Below, piece after piece: positions 35,150 through 48,440 of a DNA stretch of 56,841 bases. The notes beneath the pieces were generated by a model. That model was not told where the DNA came from. It was given only the letters and a program-made list of their open reading frames with translations, and searched no databases. Origin of the DNA: Octopus bimaculoides (Eukaryota); assembly GCF_001194135.2 (NCBI RefSeq), contig NC_068996.1, positions 29,700,198 to 29,757,038 on the forward strand, given 5' to 3'. The translations under genes were made by a program, and so were the position numbers. Every line of letters begins with the position of its first letter. The stretch's first letter is position 1.

Positions 35150-37200
35150 AAAGTTTCCTTTCTAGCATGGAAAGTCTATACTCAGGTTAGGTATGTGGGC
35201 ATGATTTATTGCAGCATGTCACTGCCTTCACCATTTGTCAGTATCTGCTTGGGTCATCTCTTCTGAGCAGTGTCCCAGTCAGTCCCCATCTCTATGAAAT
35301 ACTTCCTCATCTGCCATAACCATAATACATGTGGTCAATGAACACAAGCTATCACCCTAGCTGGATCCTTAGAAAAGAGGACACAGTACACAAGATCCAA
35401 CTCAGGAAATCAAGCAAGATGACCAAACAGTTGATGCTCCTAAATCATACAAATAACAGGACACATCCAAGTTTCTGAGTATAGTTGTTGGTTGAATACA
35501 AAATCTGACCAATGATAACCCATTGTGAAGTGTCCTGGTACCAAAGGATTCCAGGCAGCCCCTAGGAACACTGGACAGTGTTCAAGTTATACAACTGTAG
35601 AGCAAAACAAGAAGGGCCAGAGACCTGAAAACCTGAACCTTTGTCCTTTTGCTCACATATAAGCAACAGCAAGTACACTTTTTAAGATTTTGGACTCACA
35701 GAAAATGCTGCTATGGATCATGCTGCTGAGATAGGTGAAGTGGTCTACAACTTTGCTATTCTCACCCACAACAGAGACAGACAAGATGGAGTCCCCCAGG
35801 AAACCAATGAAAGACTGAATCTTTGTCTTAACCCAAGAAACTCTAAGGCCAGATGGTTCCACTTCCTCACTTAGTGAAAGGAGAGCACTCCTTAAGACAT
35901 TCAGAGACTCAACAAGAATAATTGCATCATCAGTAAAATCCTGTAATCCTGCTTTCACCAATGAGTGCTCCATGACTCAACTGAGCTACGATCTGGCCAA
36001 GTATCCAGTTCAAACAGGCATTGAAAAAAGTGAAAGCCAAAATACAAACTGACGGACACCAGTTCTAACTGAGAAAAAGTCACATGCTGAGCCCCCAATC
36101 TGAACTGCACTCACTGTTCCACTACACAAGGCCACCATCAGCCCAACCATTTGGGGAGGTATACTTTGCAGTTCCAGAATTCTCCTGAACAGAATCCACC
36201 AAATCAAATGTCTTGCAGAGGCCAACATAAACTGAAACTGGCCCCAACTGAAGATTCTGCCTGCATTTGATGAGTACACAGACAACCAGGATCCTATCAA
36301 TAGTTGATCTCTTTGGCATGAAACTTGACTGCTTTGGTTATTGAGAGGCAAGTAAATGGTTTCACACTCTGCTTCGAATAATTCTGACAAAGACCTTACT
36401 AGGTACTGAGAGGAGTGTAACAGCATTATAGTTGTTATAGTTGAGGAAGTTACTGTTACCTTTCCAGATAGGGATAATTATGCCCCTCTTCCAATCAGGC
36501 TGTATGATGCCACTGCTCCAAATTCAGCAGATGATCTGCCACAAGAACAAGACTGCAGCAGGCTTACCTTTCTTGATCATCTCCTCATGAATACCACAAA
36601 CACCAACTGCTCCCCTTTTCCTCTGCTGATTTACCAATGTAAGAACCTCATCTGCAGATGAGGTTTGTACATCATCTACGGATGGTAGATCACAGCTGAC
36701 TGGCAGGACAGTCACCAGTGCTGAAAGCATCTTTGTATTCAGATCAGTACTATGCAGGTCCACCTCATACAATTCTTCAAAGTACGATGCCCAGCAAGCC
36801 AGCACCTTGGCTCCTCTGTCAGGAGTGCTCTGTCAGAGTTTAACACTCCAGAACACTGAGGGGGATGCTTTACCCTACTAAGAATAGTAATTCCTCCAAA
36901 GGTTGTACATGATCAGAAGTGTGAAGCTGACTCTTGATATCTTCACAGATTCCTCAAACCTGCTTTTCTTTGTTGGACCTCAGTGGTCTGACTACCCACA
37001 TCTCAGACCCTGAAGCAAATCATCAGGGGTTCCACCCAGCCTCACCCTACAGCTGCATTCCACAGTGTGAAGGTCTCCCTGGAAAGGAAACATTTGTTGG
37101 CCCTTTTTTGAAAACCGATACACCCACTAGAAGTCGACAGTAGGATGTTCCTATAAGTTTGCCACATTCCTACAGGTCCAGTTGAAGGATCAGCCCCACA
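35150..37200 (-). mobile_element. RTE-clade LINE remnant (endonuclease end and RT)
   Basis: MPKRSTIDRI, RTGVRQ, and DFTDDAIILVES...EEVEPSGLRVSWVKTKIQ...DHFTYL across frameshifted ORFs. Confidence 0.88.
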
Positions 37201-38555
37201 CAGCTCAGACCCAAGCTACTGCAAATATGTCTTCAACCTTCAACCTCTGAAACTGAGAAAAGTCTACTCTAAATTAATAAAACTAGTTGAGGAGGTGTTG
37301 GTGAGGAGAAGTCATCAACAATCAAGGTAGGTTTCTCTCTAAAAAGAACCATAAGTGTAGAATCAATAAGGCATAGCAATAGAGGATAATAGAGATAACA
37401 CTAGCCTGCAGATTAAAAGTGATAAGAAAAAACATTATGAAAATGACCCTTAACTATTTCTTTGATGCAAAACATGAAAACTGTATTATCAGAGTTAAGG
37501 TACATGCTATTAGACCTAGACATGAGGGCACAAAAGCTGAGGTTTAATTCTACAACTTTCATCATCTATTTCCAGCTGTCAGACTTTGGGTGCTAAATAT
37601 ATTGTAGGACTAATTTGAGAAGTGCATTGATAGCTAAATTAAAACATGATTCATAATACATTTGATATATGTTATACAGAAGACTTTCTTTTCTCGTAAA
37701 TATCTGTACCATTCCACTTACATTCAACTCCTTACACCTTGATGATATGCCTTGGCACACCTTCACCACCATCTCCTTTTTCTCTCTTTCTCCCCCCCTC
37801 TCTCTCTCTCTCTCTCTCCAACTAGAGTAACCATGTATCTTTTCTACAGCAAGACACTTATTTCTGTCCCACTATCATAGTTTAACTTCTCATTACCTGA
37901 CACAAAACTACCTCCCTCAACAATGCTCCCTCTGTCAGTTATGGGATCTTTGTCTTGCAAGTTACTTGGTGACCTTGCTGGTGCTAGTACCACATAAAAA
38001 GAACCCAGTATACTCTGTAAAGTCATTTGACATTAGGAAAAGCATCCTGCCATAGAAACCATATTAAAGCTGATAGTAGAGATTGGCACAGTCTTCTGTC
38101 TTACCAGATCTTGTCAAACCATCCAACCCATGATAGGATGGAAAATAGATATTAAATGGTGATGATGATGATTTCAGAAAGAATGTAACAAAATATCCTA
38201 AACACATAATGAAAGCATCAAGAGAAATATGAAAGAGTAATACAGATACAACACCAATTTTCCAAAGTTTTCTGGATTACTGATTTTTCACTTCTGAATT
38301 AAGCAGGTATTAAATTTACTTAAATAATTAAATAAAATACAGGCACTTCCACTTTAGTATAAATGATAGAATTTTATCAATGCTGTACTGTGCAAGGTAC
38401 TGAGAAAATGGGTCACTCTGTAAACTAATTTAGCAGCTGTGGGAATTTTAAGTTTCTGATTGTAAATTCATGCGGATTATAAGAGGTCCTGGGCTAGCAG
38501 TATCTAGAAAGTTGGTATTGTACTTATATATTATAATATATGAATTGAAACTTAC

Positions 38556-38654
38556 AATGAGACCACTTATATCATTCTGGGTAGTGAGACAATGATGCAA
38601 CCATTCGAAATCTTCATAAAATCTTTGCAACAACAATGCTTCTTCAGTATCTCC
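38556..38654 (-). CDS. SNX5/6-like exon, PX core (GDTEEALLLQRFYEDFEWLHHCLTTQNDISGLI)
   Basis: Flanked by tctatttcag| and ATT|GTAAGT; 99 nt, phase 0/0. RFYEDFEWLH is a PX-domain signature. Confidence 0.92.
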
Positions 38655-38945
38655 CTGAAATAGATAAAATACTTTTTATAAAGAAAATGTGAGTGAAAGA
38701 AGCAAAAAGATATTTCCCAAATTTATTCAAATATAGCTCCTTTGAGAGTCAATAAAGAAGATAGTAGCCCAAGGATGATGTTTTCCTCTCTCCCTTTAAC
38801 TGCCATATTCTGGATGTTCCAATGGGTTAATGGTGAGAGGGTCAAGAAAATGCTTGCTCACAGAAGCTACAAAAACAATTAGTGGAAGCATGGTACACGC
38901 AGATACTTCCAGATTATCTTCAACTTCAAGTGACGGCAGTAGCTG

Positions 38946-38994
<49 letters not shown>

Positions 38995-39744
38995 ACGCAT
39001 GTGCTTTTCAGGTCAATAAATTATGTACAAGTTACATGCTGGGGTCAATTTAATCAACTGCCCCCCAATAACTCCCCAAAAATTTGGGCCTTATGCCTAG
39101 AGTAGAAAAGAATATGCTGTGCTTGCGAAAACCCATCAAGCCAAGTGAGATCATAGTCATGGTCGATATCAGTTATTCACATAACTGACACTTGTGCTGG
39201 TAGCATGTAGAAAGCACTCATTACACTCTTGGAGTGGTTGGCATTAGGAAGGGCATCCAGCCATAGAAACCATGCCAAATCAGAGTGGAACATGGTGTAG
39301 CCCTACAGCATACCATTTTCAGTTAAACCATCTAAACCATGCCAACATGGAAAGCAGACACTAATTGATGATCATGATGATATATACACTTAGACACACA
39401 CACACAAACACATATATGTATGTATCTACGCATGTATCTCTGTGTTTCTCTCTCTCTCTCTTTCTAAATTGTGAACGGCCACCTTAATAATTTATAATTC
39501 TAACTTCACCATTTTCAAAATCAGTCGATATTTGCTATAGTGTTCTCTATAAGGCTAACAGGGTGACTTAGATTCATTAACCCTTGGTGACAGAGTAATG
39601 GGTCACTGCCGAGTATTGATTAAATCTGAAATCAGCAATATGACTCCATCTCACTTATCGTAGGGAGGGAGGCTGTCTCTTTTGTCAGCTGTTAGAAAAA
39701 TTCTCTCATGTGGCTAAGAATTATATATATATATATATATATAT

Positions 39745-39960
39745 ATCCAAAATTTAGGGAATGGATTTATCTACTCAAATCCCTGAGTTAACACAGCATC
39801 CCCTAATAACAATGTAAATTTCATATAATCAAGGCATCCTTGGCCTGAAGAATAGCATGTAATCTACCCCTCATTTGGATAATTTACTCCTTCCAAGGTT
39901 CTGCTAGCTATGAAAATATGTAGTCTGGATTTTATCTACTCCATTCCCTAAATTTTGGAT
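39745..39960. mobile_element. MITE with 21-bp perfect TIRs
   Basis: ATCCAAAATTTAGGGAATGGA (39745-39765) and TCCATTCCCTAAATTTTGGAT (39940-39960). Confidence 0.75.
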
Positions 39961-40167
39961 GTTTACTTGCAAATACAAAAACCCCTGTTGCTAACTATGT
40001 AGTATAAAATTAACTTTTTTCAGTTTATCATGCTTTGATATGGGAAAAGTTCACAATCTTCTGTGCTAATAAACCACTATTACTCTTGAAAGTTGTTTTT
40101 ATATCTTCTATAGATTGCTTGAAACTCATTAATTTCATACACCTTGATCCTTGGATCTTCCCTTTAC

Positions 40168-40220
<53 letters not shown>

Positions 40221-40996
40221 TATGATGGCGATATATATACATATGAAACAACCTTAGCCTTCTTTGGACTTGGGAGTAGCAAAAATATGAGAGAGGAGTG
40301 TCTGATGGGGTAGATACAGATCTGTTCATTCAAAATATGGAATTATAGTATTTCATTACAATATACTATACTAGCAATGCAATATACCATATTTAACTTT
40401 TAAAATCTTGTTGAAACTTTTTAAGCAGGCAATTACCTAAATATAGGGTTCTTTATTTAAATGCTTATAGTGTCTTTATTGAGGTCAGATTATTATGACA
40501 ATAGGCAGTTTTTCAGAAAAGAGTTAATTTTTTTAATGTAAGTAGTGCTTTGTTTAAATATAATGTTATGCAAGTGTGCTTGTGAATTAATAACACAATA
40601 AATAATAACTAGAAACAGATTCACTTTAATTTTTAAAAAATGATGACGAAAATGATGTTAGTAATAAATTAAATGTAATCAGAAATAAATACAGACATAT
40701 ATTACAAAAGAAAATGCTTTACCTTGACCTTTTTTAGCTGATTCAGTTTGAAATTTATAGGTAAGCTGTTACTTTCATCAGAAACAACATACCCAAATAT
40801 GCATGAATTTTATTAATACATATAGAAACACCCCTTTCATTATGCATACAAATTTGTTTGTTGGATGAATACAGAAAAATACTACAGACCTAAAGGTATT
40901 TTTGGAGGAAAAAGACACTTGACAAAACCTCAGTGCCCAACTATTCTTCAGGTAATATTTCATTCAAGTCACCCAATGAAAAATAGGATAGATCTA

Positions 40997-42307
40997 CAAG
41001 GTGGTACCAAAAGGTTCCCAGACTAATTATGTTTATTAAAAAATTATTATTACTTAAGTTTTAACATCATCTCTTTTGAAAAAGTCACCTTGCATGCACC
41101 AGTCCTGGTGTTCTTGCCACTTTTGGAAGTTGTTTTTGGAAATTACCTGGAAGTTTTCTGTGAGTTAAGGACCTTCTGTGATTCACTCTAGATCTTGACA
41201 ACAGTGCTAAAATGGCAACCTTTGAGCTACATTTTCATCTTGGGAAAGAAATGGAAGTCCACAGGTGCTAAATCTGGCGAATAGGATGGGTGTTGGTTTT
41301 GGTGAGAAGCTCACGAATGAGGAGAGCTTGGTGACAGGGTGCATTGCTGTCATGAAGAACCCAATTCTTCACACTCCACAGATCCAGTTGCTTTTGCCAA
41401 ATGTTCTCCCTCAACTGTTTCAAAACATGACAGTAGAACTCTCGATTGACAATCTGGCCCTGAGGGAAAAATTCTTGATGCACAATATTGCGGCTGTCAA
41501 ATAAAACAATGAGCATATTCTTGATTGAGCTGTGGCTCTGTCATGCCTTCTTCAGTTGTGGAGATGAAAGGCTTTTCCATTGTGACAACTGCTGCTTCAT
41601 CTCAGAGTTGTACTTGAAGACCCAACTCTCATCACTGGTGATGATCCTCTACATAAAGCATGCTGACAGAGATTTTGACAAACTTCCATGCAATGTTCTT
41701 TCTGCTCAGTGGTCAGCAGATGGGGGACAAATTTGGCAGAGACATGCCACATGTTCAATCCAAACATTAGGATTGCCTACACAGACCCATATGACAGACC
41801 AACAACATCAGTAATGTTATTGACTGTCCTCTGACGATGCTCATGCACAAACTGATGAATTTTCTCCACATTTCTGGAGGTGATGCCAGAAGAAGGTCTT
41901 CCAGATCACTCCCCATCTTTCAGGGACATTCTTCCACTTTTGAAGCACCCATGCCACTCAAAACATTGTATATTACCCATTGCCTCATCGCTGTAAGTTT
42001 GCCAAAGCACACTCAATGTCTCTGTGTTGGACTTCCAAAGTTTGATACAAAATTTCATGTTGGCTTTTTGTTCCAACTTCCTGTCCATAACAAAATCGTA
42101 GATTATTGCATACATGTGACCACAAAAACACAAATTTCACAACTTGTGAAGTAAACACAGTGATGTCACTTGGCACCTTGCCTCATGAAGGTCACTCCTA
42201 GCTCTCAATGCACATGCAGCCATGTGATGCGATCTGGTACACAACCATGTGCTGCCATCTGTTAGTGTACTGCAGAACTAGTCCAGGAACTTTTTGATAC
42301 CACCTCA
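40997..42307 (-). mobile_element. Full-length decayed mariner (about 1.3 kb) with both TIRs
   Basis: TIRs CAAGGTGGTACCAAAAGGTTCC and GGAACTTTTTGATACCACCTCA. Motifs EQKANMKFC, FEWH..FKSGR, MLIVLFDS..IVHQEF and WVLHDSNAPCH. Confidence 0.9.
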
Positions 42308-42837
42308 TCAGCAAAGTCAGATAGCAAAGTGCATAGGGAAGGACTAAATATATCACTCTGGTTATCATCTACAAAGCCTCATCTACTAATACTTCACTGA
42401 TCAGATAATGGAAGAAGTTAGCATTCAAAGAATGATTAGCTGCATTTTTCAAAAAAAGTTTCAAAAAAAAAAACTCTGAGAAAGTCAGTATTAATAATAA
42501 ATGATACAGACGGTAAATAAATGCAAGAGGTGGGGTTCAATGTTGTTTTTCTTATAAAAGAGAGTTCATAGTTAATGTAAATAAGGGTAGGTTGACTCAT
42601 GCAGTTTCAAGCAGTAGAGAACTGACAGTTGCAGTATAGATTCATGTCGTACAAGATGTTAACAATTATTAACCCAGGAGTGCCACTAATAAAGCTTCTG
42701 TCTACATCTCTCAGTTTCCTACAGTTACAATTACACATCTCTATCTAAGCTTGTCTTGTTTCTAATATAACTTACTTTAAACATTTCAACCAACCAATCT
42801 TACTTCCATTGAATCCTAAAAAGAGTTCTTATATATT

Positions 42838-43478
42838 GAGACTGAGACCTTTGGAGATATGCTGTGATTCAGAAGACCTGGCAAATAAAGTGAGATTGCA
42901 ATCATGGCTGATACCAGTGCTGCATGTCCAGCCCATTCAAAAGTACTCTTGATGCGTTGGACAATATGATATGTTTGAGAAGGCTTGTTGAGTCAAGTAA
43001 AATCAAAATCGTAGCTGTAGCCAGCAATCCCTGACTGGCTCCTGTTCCGGTGGCACATAAAATGCATCATCCAAATGTGGTTGATGCCAGTGCCCCCTGA
43101 CTGGCTCCTGTGCTGGTGGCATGTAAAAAGCACCATCAAAACGTAGTCAATGCCAGATCCGCCTGACTGGCTCTCATGCCAGTGGCACGTAAAAAGCACT
43201 ATCCGAATGTGATCAATGTCAGGGTTCCCATGCCAGTAGCACGTAAAAAGCACCATCTGAACATGATCGATGCCAGGTCCATCTGAATGGTTCCTGTGCT
43301 GGTGGCACATAAAAAGCAGCCACTACACTCTTGGAGTGGTTGGCATTAGAAAAGGCATCCAGCTATAGAAACATTGCCAGATCAGATTGGAGCCTGGTGC
43401 AACTACTGGCTTTTCAGACCTCAGTCAAACTGTCCAACCTATACCAGCATGGAAAACGAACATATGAGGATGATGTAT
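42838..43478 (+). mobile_element. SINE body with 66-bp tandem array and tail
   Basis: Homologous to 13040-13705. Units start at 43020, 43086, 43152, 43218 (shortened) and 43272. Confidence 0.75.
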
Positions 43479-43565
43479 CGGCTCCTAACTGAAACAATAA
43501 TGGAAGAAACACTAACCTTTAACCTTTGCATAGGACAATAAAAAACAATATACAATTAAACCTAC

Positions 43566-43721
43566 CTTTAGTGATTTTATGGTAAAATTTAATGTATCAC
43601 CATCCTTTACAGCTTTTAATACTTCAACATTGAATTTTTGATTATCTGCAATTTTTTCTGAATGTGTTAATGAAGAGCCATTTTCTTCATCAGAAGCAGT
43701 TTCAATATTTTCATCAAGTGG
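43566..43721 (-). CDS. SNX5/6-like exon: acidic linker and start of PX domain (PLDENIET...FNVEVLKAVKDGDTLNFTIKSLK)
   Basis: Flanked by ttaatgcag| and AAG|GTAGG; 156 nt, phase 0/0. KDGDTLNFTIKS resembles the first PX strands of SNX5/6 (ERDKVKFTVHTK, from memory). Confidence 0.85.
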
Positions 43722-44023
43722 CTGCATTAATATAAAAATATGTAGCAAAAATTGAAAAGAGAATGTTACAAATGAAATAAAAATCTAAAATAATTTAATG
43801 GTCTTAAGTAATTCATGCAGGAAACTTTAACTTATAAACCATTGATAACAATGACACTTATCATTATTATTGTCTGTTTCATACCTAATTTTCAACAACT
43901 CTTTGTGGGATATGAATGCAAAGTAGACATTGACTTTACAGGATACAATTGCAGCATGGTATTTTTGAGCAAGTGTATTGGATTATGTTCAACATAAATA
44001 CAGATATAAACGTGTGCATGTGT

Positions 44024-44074
<51 letters not shown>

Positions 44075-44185
44075 TGTGTGTGCAAATACATATATGCACA
44101 TGCACTCACAGATATATATGCACATGCTTGTACTGATATAAACATATAAATGTTAATACTGATACCAACTTACATGTTTATATAT

Positions 44186-44530
44186 GAGGTGGGCTGAAAA
44201 GTTCATAGGCAAACTACGAAGGAGAAATGCTAGAGGTGTAAAATTTTGCATGCATTAATTTCACGACATTTTATTAATAACTACATAGGAAGGGCATCCA
44301 GCTGTAGAAACTCTGCCAAATTAGATTGGAGCCTGGTGTTGCCATCCGGTTTCACCAGTCCTCAGTCAAATCGTCCAACCCATGCTAGCATGGAAAGCGG
44401 ACGTTAAACGATGATGATGATGATAGCTTCTTTCCAGGTAAACTAACATCTGACTGTTCAAAGAAGACTTCAGCAGTAACTAGTAACATAATTTTATGAT
44501 ATTTCTATGAATCAGTATGGGAATGTCTGA
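44186..44530 (+). mobile_element. Mariner left-end fragment interrupted by a young SINE tail (about 44291-44424)
   Basis: TIR GAGGTGGGCTGAAAAGTTCATAGG is shared with 45317. The insert is flanked by ATAG on both sides. Confidence 0.7.
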
Positions 44531-45316
44531 CAATTTGTATTAATTGATGAATGGAACCTATCTAATTTTAATATCAAAAATACAACTGATATGTTTATTT
44601 ACTTTCTTGTTGAGATTCTAGGATTACACCCAACTCCACTTGAATCCAAGACAACTTCGTAATAAATGAAATATCTAATATTTCACTTCTTAATAAGTGA
44701 AATATCCAATTTATGCTATATTCATTTATTTGGTTATGACTAAATAGCTGTGGAAGATATTATGTAATAAACATTACATAATGGGCATGACTATATCATT
44801 ACTGTCATCCGTGTCTACATATATGATGTTTGCTTTGTCACACACAGGTTGTTAAAACACTTGTAAACCATGGAATAAATGTAATACCAACTAATCTATT
44901 CTTCACTTCTTACTTATGCTCCATAAGGGAAGTAAGCCTTCTGGATATTTTGTTTGAAACCCATGATTCTACTGGAGAAATTCTCCTTCATACAATTTCA
45001 GACAGCTGGGAGTGTTGCCTGAGGTAAGCACATAGAATATCCAATCCCTTTTCACTTACTATACATACATACTATGGATGTGTGTGTGAGTACATATACA
45101 CATACACATATATACTTATCTACACACACATACATGTCCCTACATAGAAATACATGCATACACACATATTCGTATACATATATTATGTTACCATCCATAT
45201 TAGACTATAGTATCAGTATACAGCAGTGAGAGTTTAATGCAATTAATAAACACCAAAACCTGAACAGAATTTTTGTCGCACATTGAGCACATCGAATCAT
45301 TTGTTTTTATATATAA

Positions 45317-45935
45317 GGGTGGGCTGAAAAGTTCATAGGATGACTATGAAGGAATATTGCGAGAGCTGTGAAATCTTGCATTAATTTCAACTCCACTTAT
45401 TAATAACTGCATTATTCTTTTCCAGGTAAACTGACATTTGACTCATCAAAGAAGGCTTTACATGTAATTAGTTGTGGCTTCACTTGAAAATGGACAAAAT
45501 TTGGCATTGTGATGTTATCAAGTACCTGCAGAAAAATGGTTTAGTCCCCAAGGACATTATGCAGACATGGTTGCTACATTAGAGGATGATGTTCCAGTTT
45601 TATCAACAGTGCAAAAGTGGGCAGCTGAATTTTGGAGGGGAAAGGAGTTTTGAAGATGACCCAAAGTCTGGACAGCCTGCAACTACCACCCCTGAGGAAA
45701 ACATTGATCATGTTCACCATGTGGTGATGAATAACAAGCTATTGACTATAAATCAAATAGCCACTTTTTTTCCAACAGGATGAAAGCTTCTTTACCAATT
45801 GGGTTCCAAGCACTGCAACACTGATGGAAGAAGTGTATTGACCATAAATGGGATTATGTTGAAAAATAAACCTCATTTAGTCACATTCCATTAGAGTATC
45901 TTGGCCAAACTATGAACTTTTCAGTCATCTGTCAT
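45317..45935 (+). mobile_element. Internally deleted mariner with both TIRs
   Basis: TIRs GGGCTGAAAAGTTCATAG and CTATGAACTTTTCAGTC. HTH-like STVQKWAAEF...EDDPKSGQP is fused to the C-terminal end. Confidence 0.8.
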
Positions 45936-46297
45936 ATGTTTATACAACTACCAACTTATATGCACACACAAGCATGCACATCTTCTCAATCCTCTCTTGC
46001 ACACAGACAGAGATTATTTTTAATCTCTACTATTTCGACGCAGCAGTTTCAGCAAACTTATTTACCAATTAGCTAACAATTTAGCTATTTGTTCATTTAA
46101 TACTTAATCACACTAGAATTTAATATTATTAATAGTTATCTCCAAGCTAACATGGCAGTCCAAGAAAATAGGACAAATGCTGCTGTTGATTAGTTCCAAG
46201 AGGCCATCGCCTCTAGCTAGCTATGTGACACACAAGCCTGTGTCCATTATAACCTTTGAACAGGGGAGGTCAGCAGCTTCCCCGTGCTGGTTTGACA

Positions 46298-46340
46298 TCC
46301 ACAGACTAGTTTCGGGGTAGTTGCCCCTTATCAATGTGGA
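46298..46340 (-). ncRNA. Intact minimal type I hammerhead ribozyme, U3-A8 variant
   Basis: Reads TCCACA-TTGATAA-GGGG-CAACTA-CCCC-GAAAC-TA-GTC-TGTGGA. All stems are perfect and stem III is the palindrome ACTAGT. Predicted cleavage is between 46304 and 46303. Confidence 0.85.
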
Positions 46341-46924
46341 GTAGCTGAACTCAGCAGGTGTTGCTGCTGACCATAACTATTAATATCCAGTACCACTGCC
46401 GTAGTCTCCTTTAGAGAAATTTAGAAATATTAATATTTCTAATTTAATATTAGTTTTAATTTAATTTTAATTTCATGTCCACTCATTCGAATGAACTTTG
46501 TGTAATGTTTCTCCCTTCTCATTCCATTTTTAGGATCAAGAGTCACTGATATATATGTTTACATCTATGTATATACACTTTGCCATTCCCCTTCTCAGGC
46601 TCCAGTTGAATGAATATTATGCTTCTATCACAAATTTATCATGTGAGTTATTATTTATCTGTGACACTTTCTTGATATTTATCAACATTGCATCTACATC
46701 TCCTTGAGTTTTATTTTCAGTATCTTTTCCTTTCATCTACTACATAACTACACTCTAATCAGGATTTTCACACTAATGTTAATTTGATTCTTCCAAATCA
46801 ACACACCCCTGCTGTCAGCACCATTATCATTCTTGTTATTTCTGGTGTAAGGGTCACCATCAACACTTAGTAGCTGTCTTCATGGCAGCTGGTTTTGGTC
46901 TTGTCTTCTACAATTGGATTGCTG

Positions 46925-48440
46925 CAACATAGAACATCTGCTCAGTGGTTATAGTGAATGTCACCATTCAGCACCATGTACTCAGTCCATCAAGATTGTC
47001 CCCTCTCGTCTCTGTATTGACTCTTGAACCATTACTTCAGAAACTGGAGATGTTGAGAGGCATCCTATACAAACTAAGATGTGGAAGGACTGTGTTGGCA
47101 TACACAGATGATGTCACCCTGATAGTGTTGGATACCAAGCACATCAAGATAATTGGCACTGCTCTAAGAAAGAGGAATAAAAATCAACCAAGAAAAGTCA
47201 GTGGGCCTGCAGCTTGGCACCCGGAGCAGAACTTCTTTGGTACCCGGAGAGCAGTCAAATTGCTTGGAGTCTGGTTTGATCCAGATCTCCAAGTAAAGAA
47301 GAATTTGGATGATGTGACAATCAGAGTGGCCAAACTCACCCAGAAATGAGGCAAGAGAAAGCTATCCTTGAAAGGTTGTTTGTCCCCTTGTGGGCAATAA
47401 AGAAATGAGAAAGCTATCCTTGAAAGTTTGGCAGAGGTGGCACATGTATATATCACCTTTGTCATATTACCACCTGATGTCAATGTCTTGCTTCAGTTCA
47501 TGTCTGACTGGCCTGGAATACTTGCTCTTCCACTTTCTGTGGAAAGGATGCATTCCGTTGGTTAGATACTCCATTTGTTATCAACACTGCTGTGTGGAAT
47601 ACTGGGCATGTTGTGGCTGATGGCATGCAGTGAGGCTGTGACATCTCCAACAATTCTTTGACAGTGAACAGGTATAGTCCCCATTTGTCAGATTCATTTA
47701 CTCCACAGCTCATCTCTTTGATAGAGCTGCAGTCATGGATCAGGCAAAGACCAAGACAAGGCACTTGGCAATGGCCTTGTGATCAAGTATTCATAGCTAT
47801 CTGCCAGTTGAGTAGTGCACTTGGAGCAATTTCAACCACATAATTCTACAGAGGGGAAGTTGTGGGCAAGAATGACAATGTTCTTAAGAAAAGCCTGTGA
47901 GTTGACAAAAGTCAACTGACTGGTCTGTCCCAGAAGTCTTTTGGACCAGAGTTCAAAGAAAATTTCCAGAAATCCTTAGCCTAAGGCACAGAAGTGCCAT
48001 CAGCCAGGCCTGGCCAAGATGCATGCTGAGTGGTGAAAATGTTCCACATTCACTCATCCAGTGCCTGAACATTGTTCACATGTGTGTTTATGTCAAACAG
48101 CTGTTGTCATGCATAGGAAGGATCTGGCTACTGGTTGAATACATTGTAAAGATAATTCCACCAACTTCTTTGGCCTGGAAGGACAGGCAGTGTTTATCTG
48201 TCTAGTAGCCTTAGCAAAAGAAGATGTGTGGTCAACCAGATTGAAAGAGTTGAAGACTCCTTCTTTTTTGGCCATGCCCTCATCGTCGACTTTTCCAAGT
48301 TCAGCTTGAAAAGGAAAGTAAAGGGGAGGAATGAAGTGCTACCTCCTAATAATTTTGCTGAAAGATGTATGAGAATGGCAAGTATGGTTTGAGTGAATGG
48401 GCCTACTCTGAGCATACACTTGTAGAATGAAGTAAAACAA
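46925..48440 (+). mobile_element. Tx1/L1-like LINE remnant (RT and C-terminus)
   Basis: LSPLVSVLTLEPLLQKL, AYTDDVT and VKLLGVWF, with a downstream Cys/His-knuckle-like region. Confidence 0.8.

Noticed and set aside
40723-40765. Exon-like segment on the minus strand with a strong AAG|GTAAAG donor: either a 15-nt frame-preserving micro-exon (LKKVK, 40723-40737) or a 43-nt exon (40723-40765)
   Set aside because: The flanking exons already join in phase, both acceptors lack a good pyrimidine tract, and the 43-nt form would frameshift. It needs RNA-seq junction reads.
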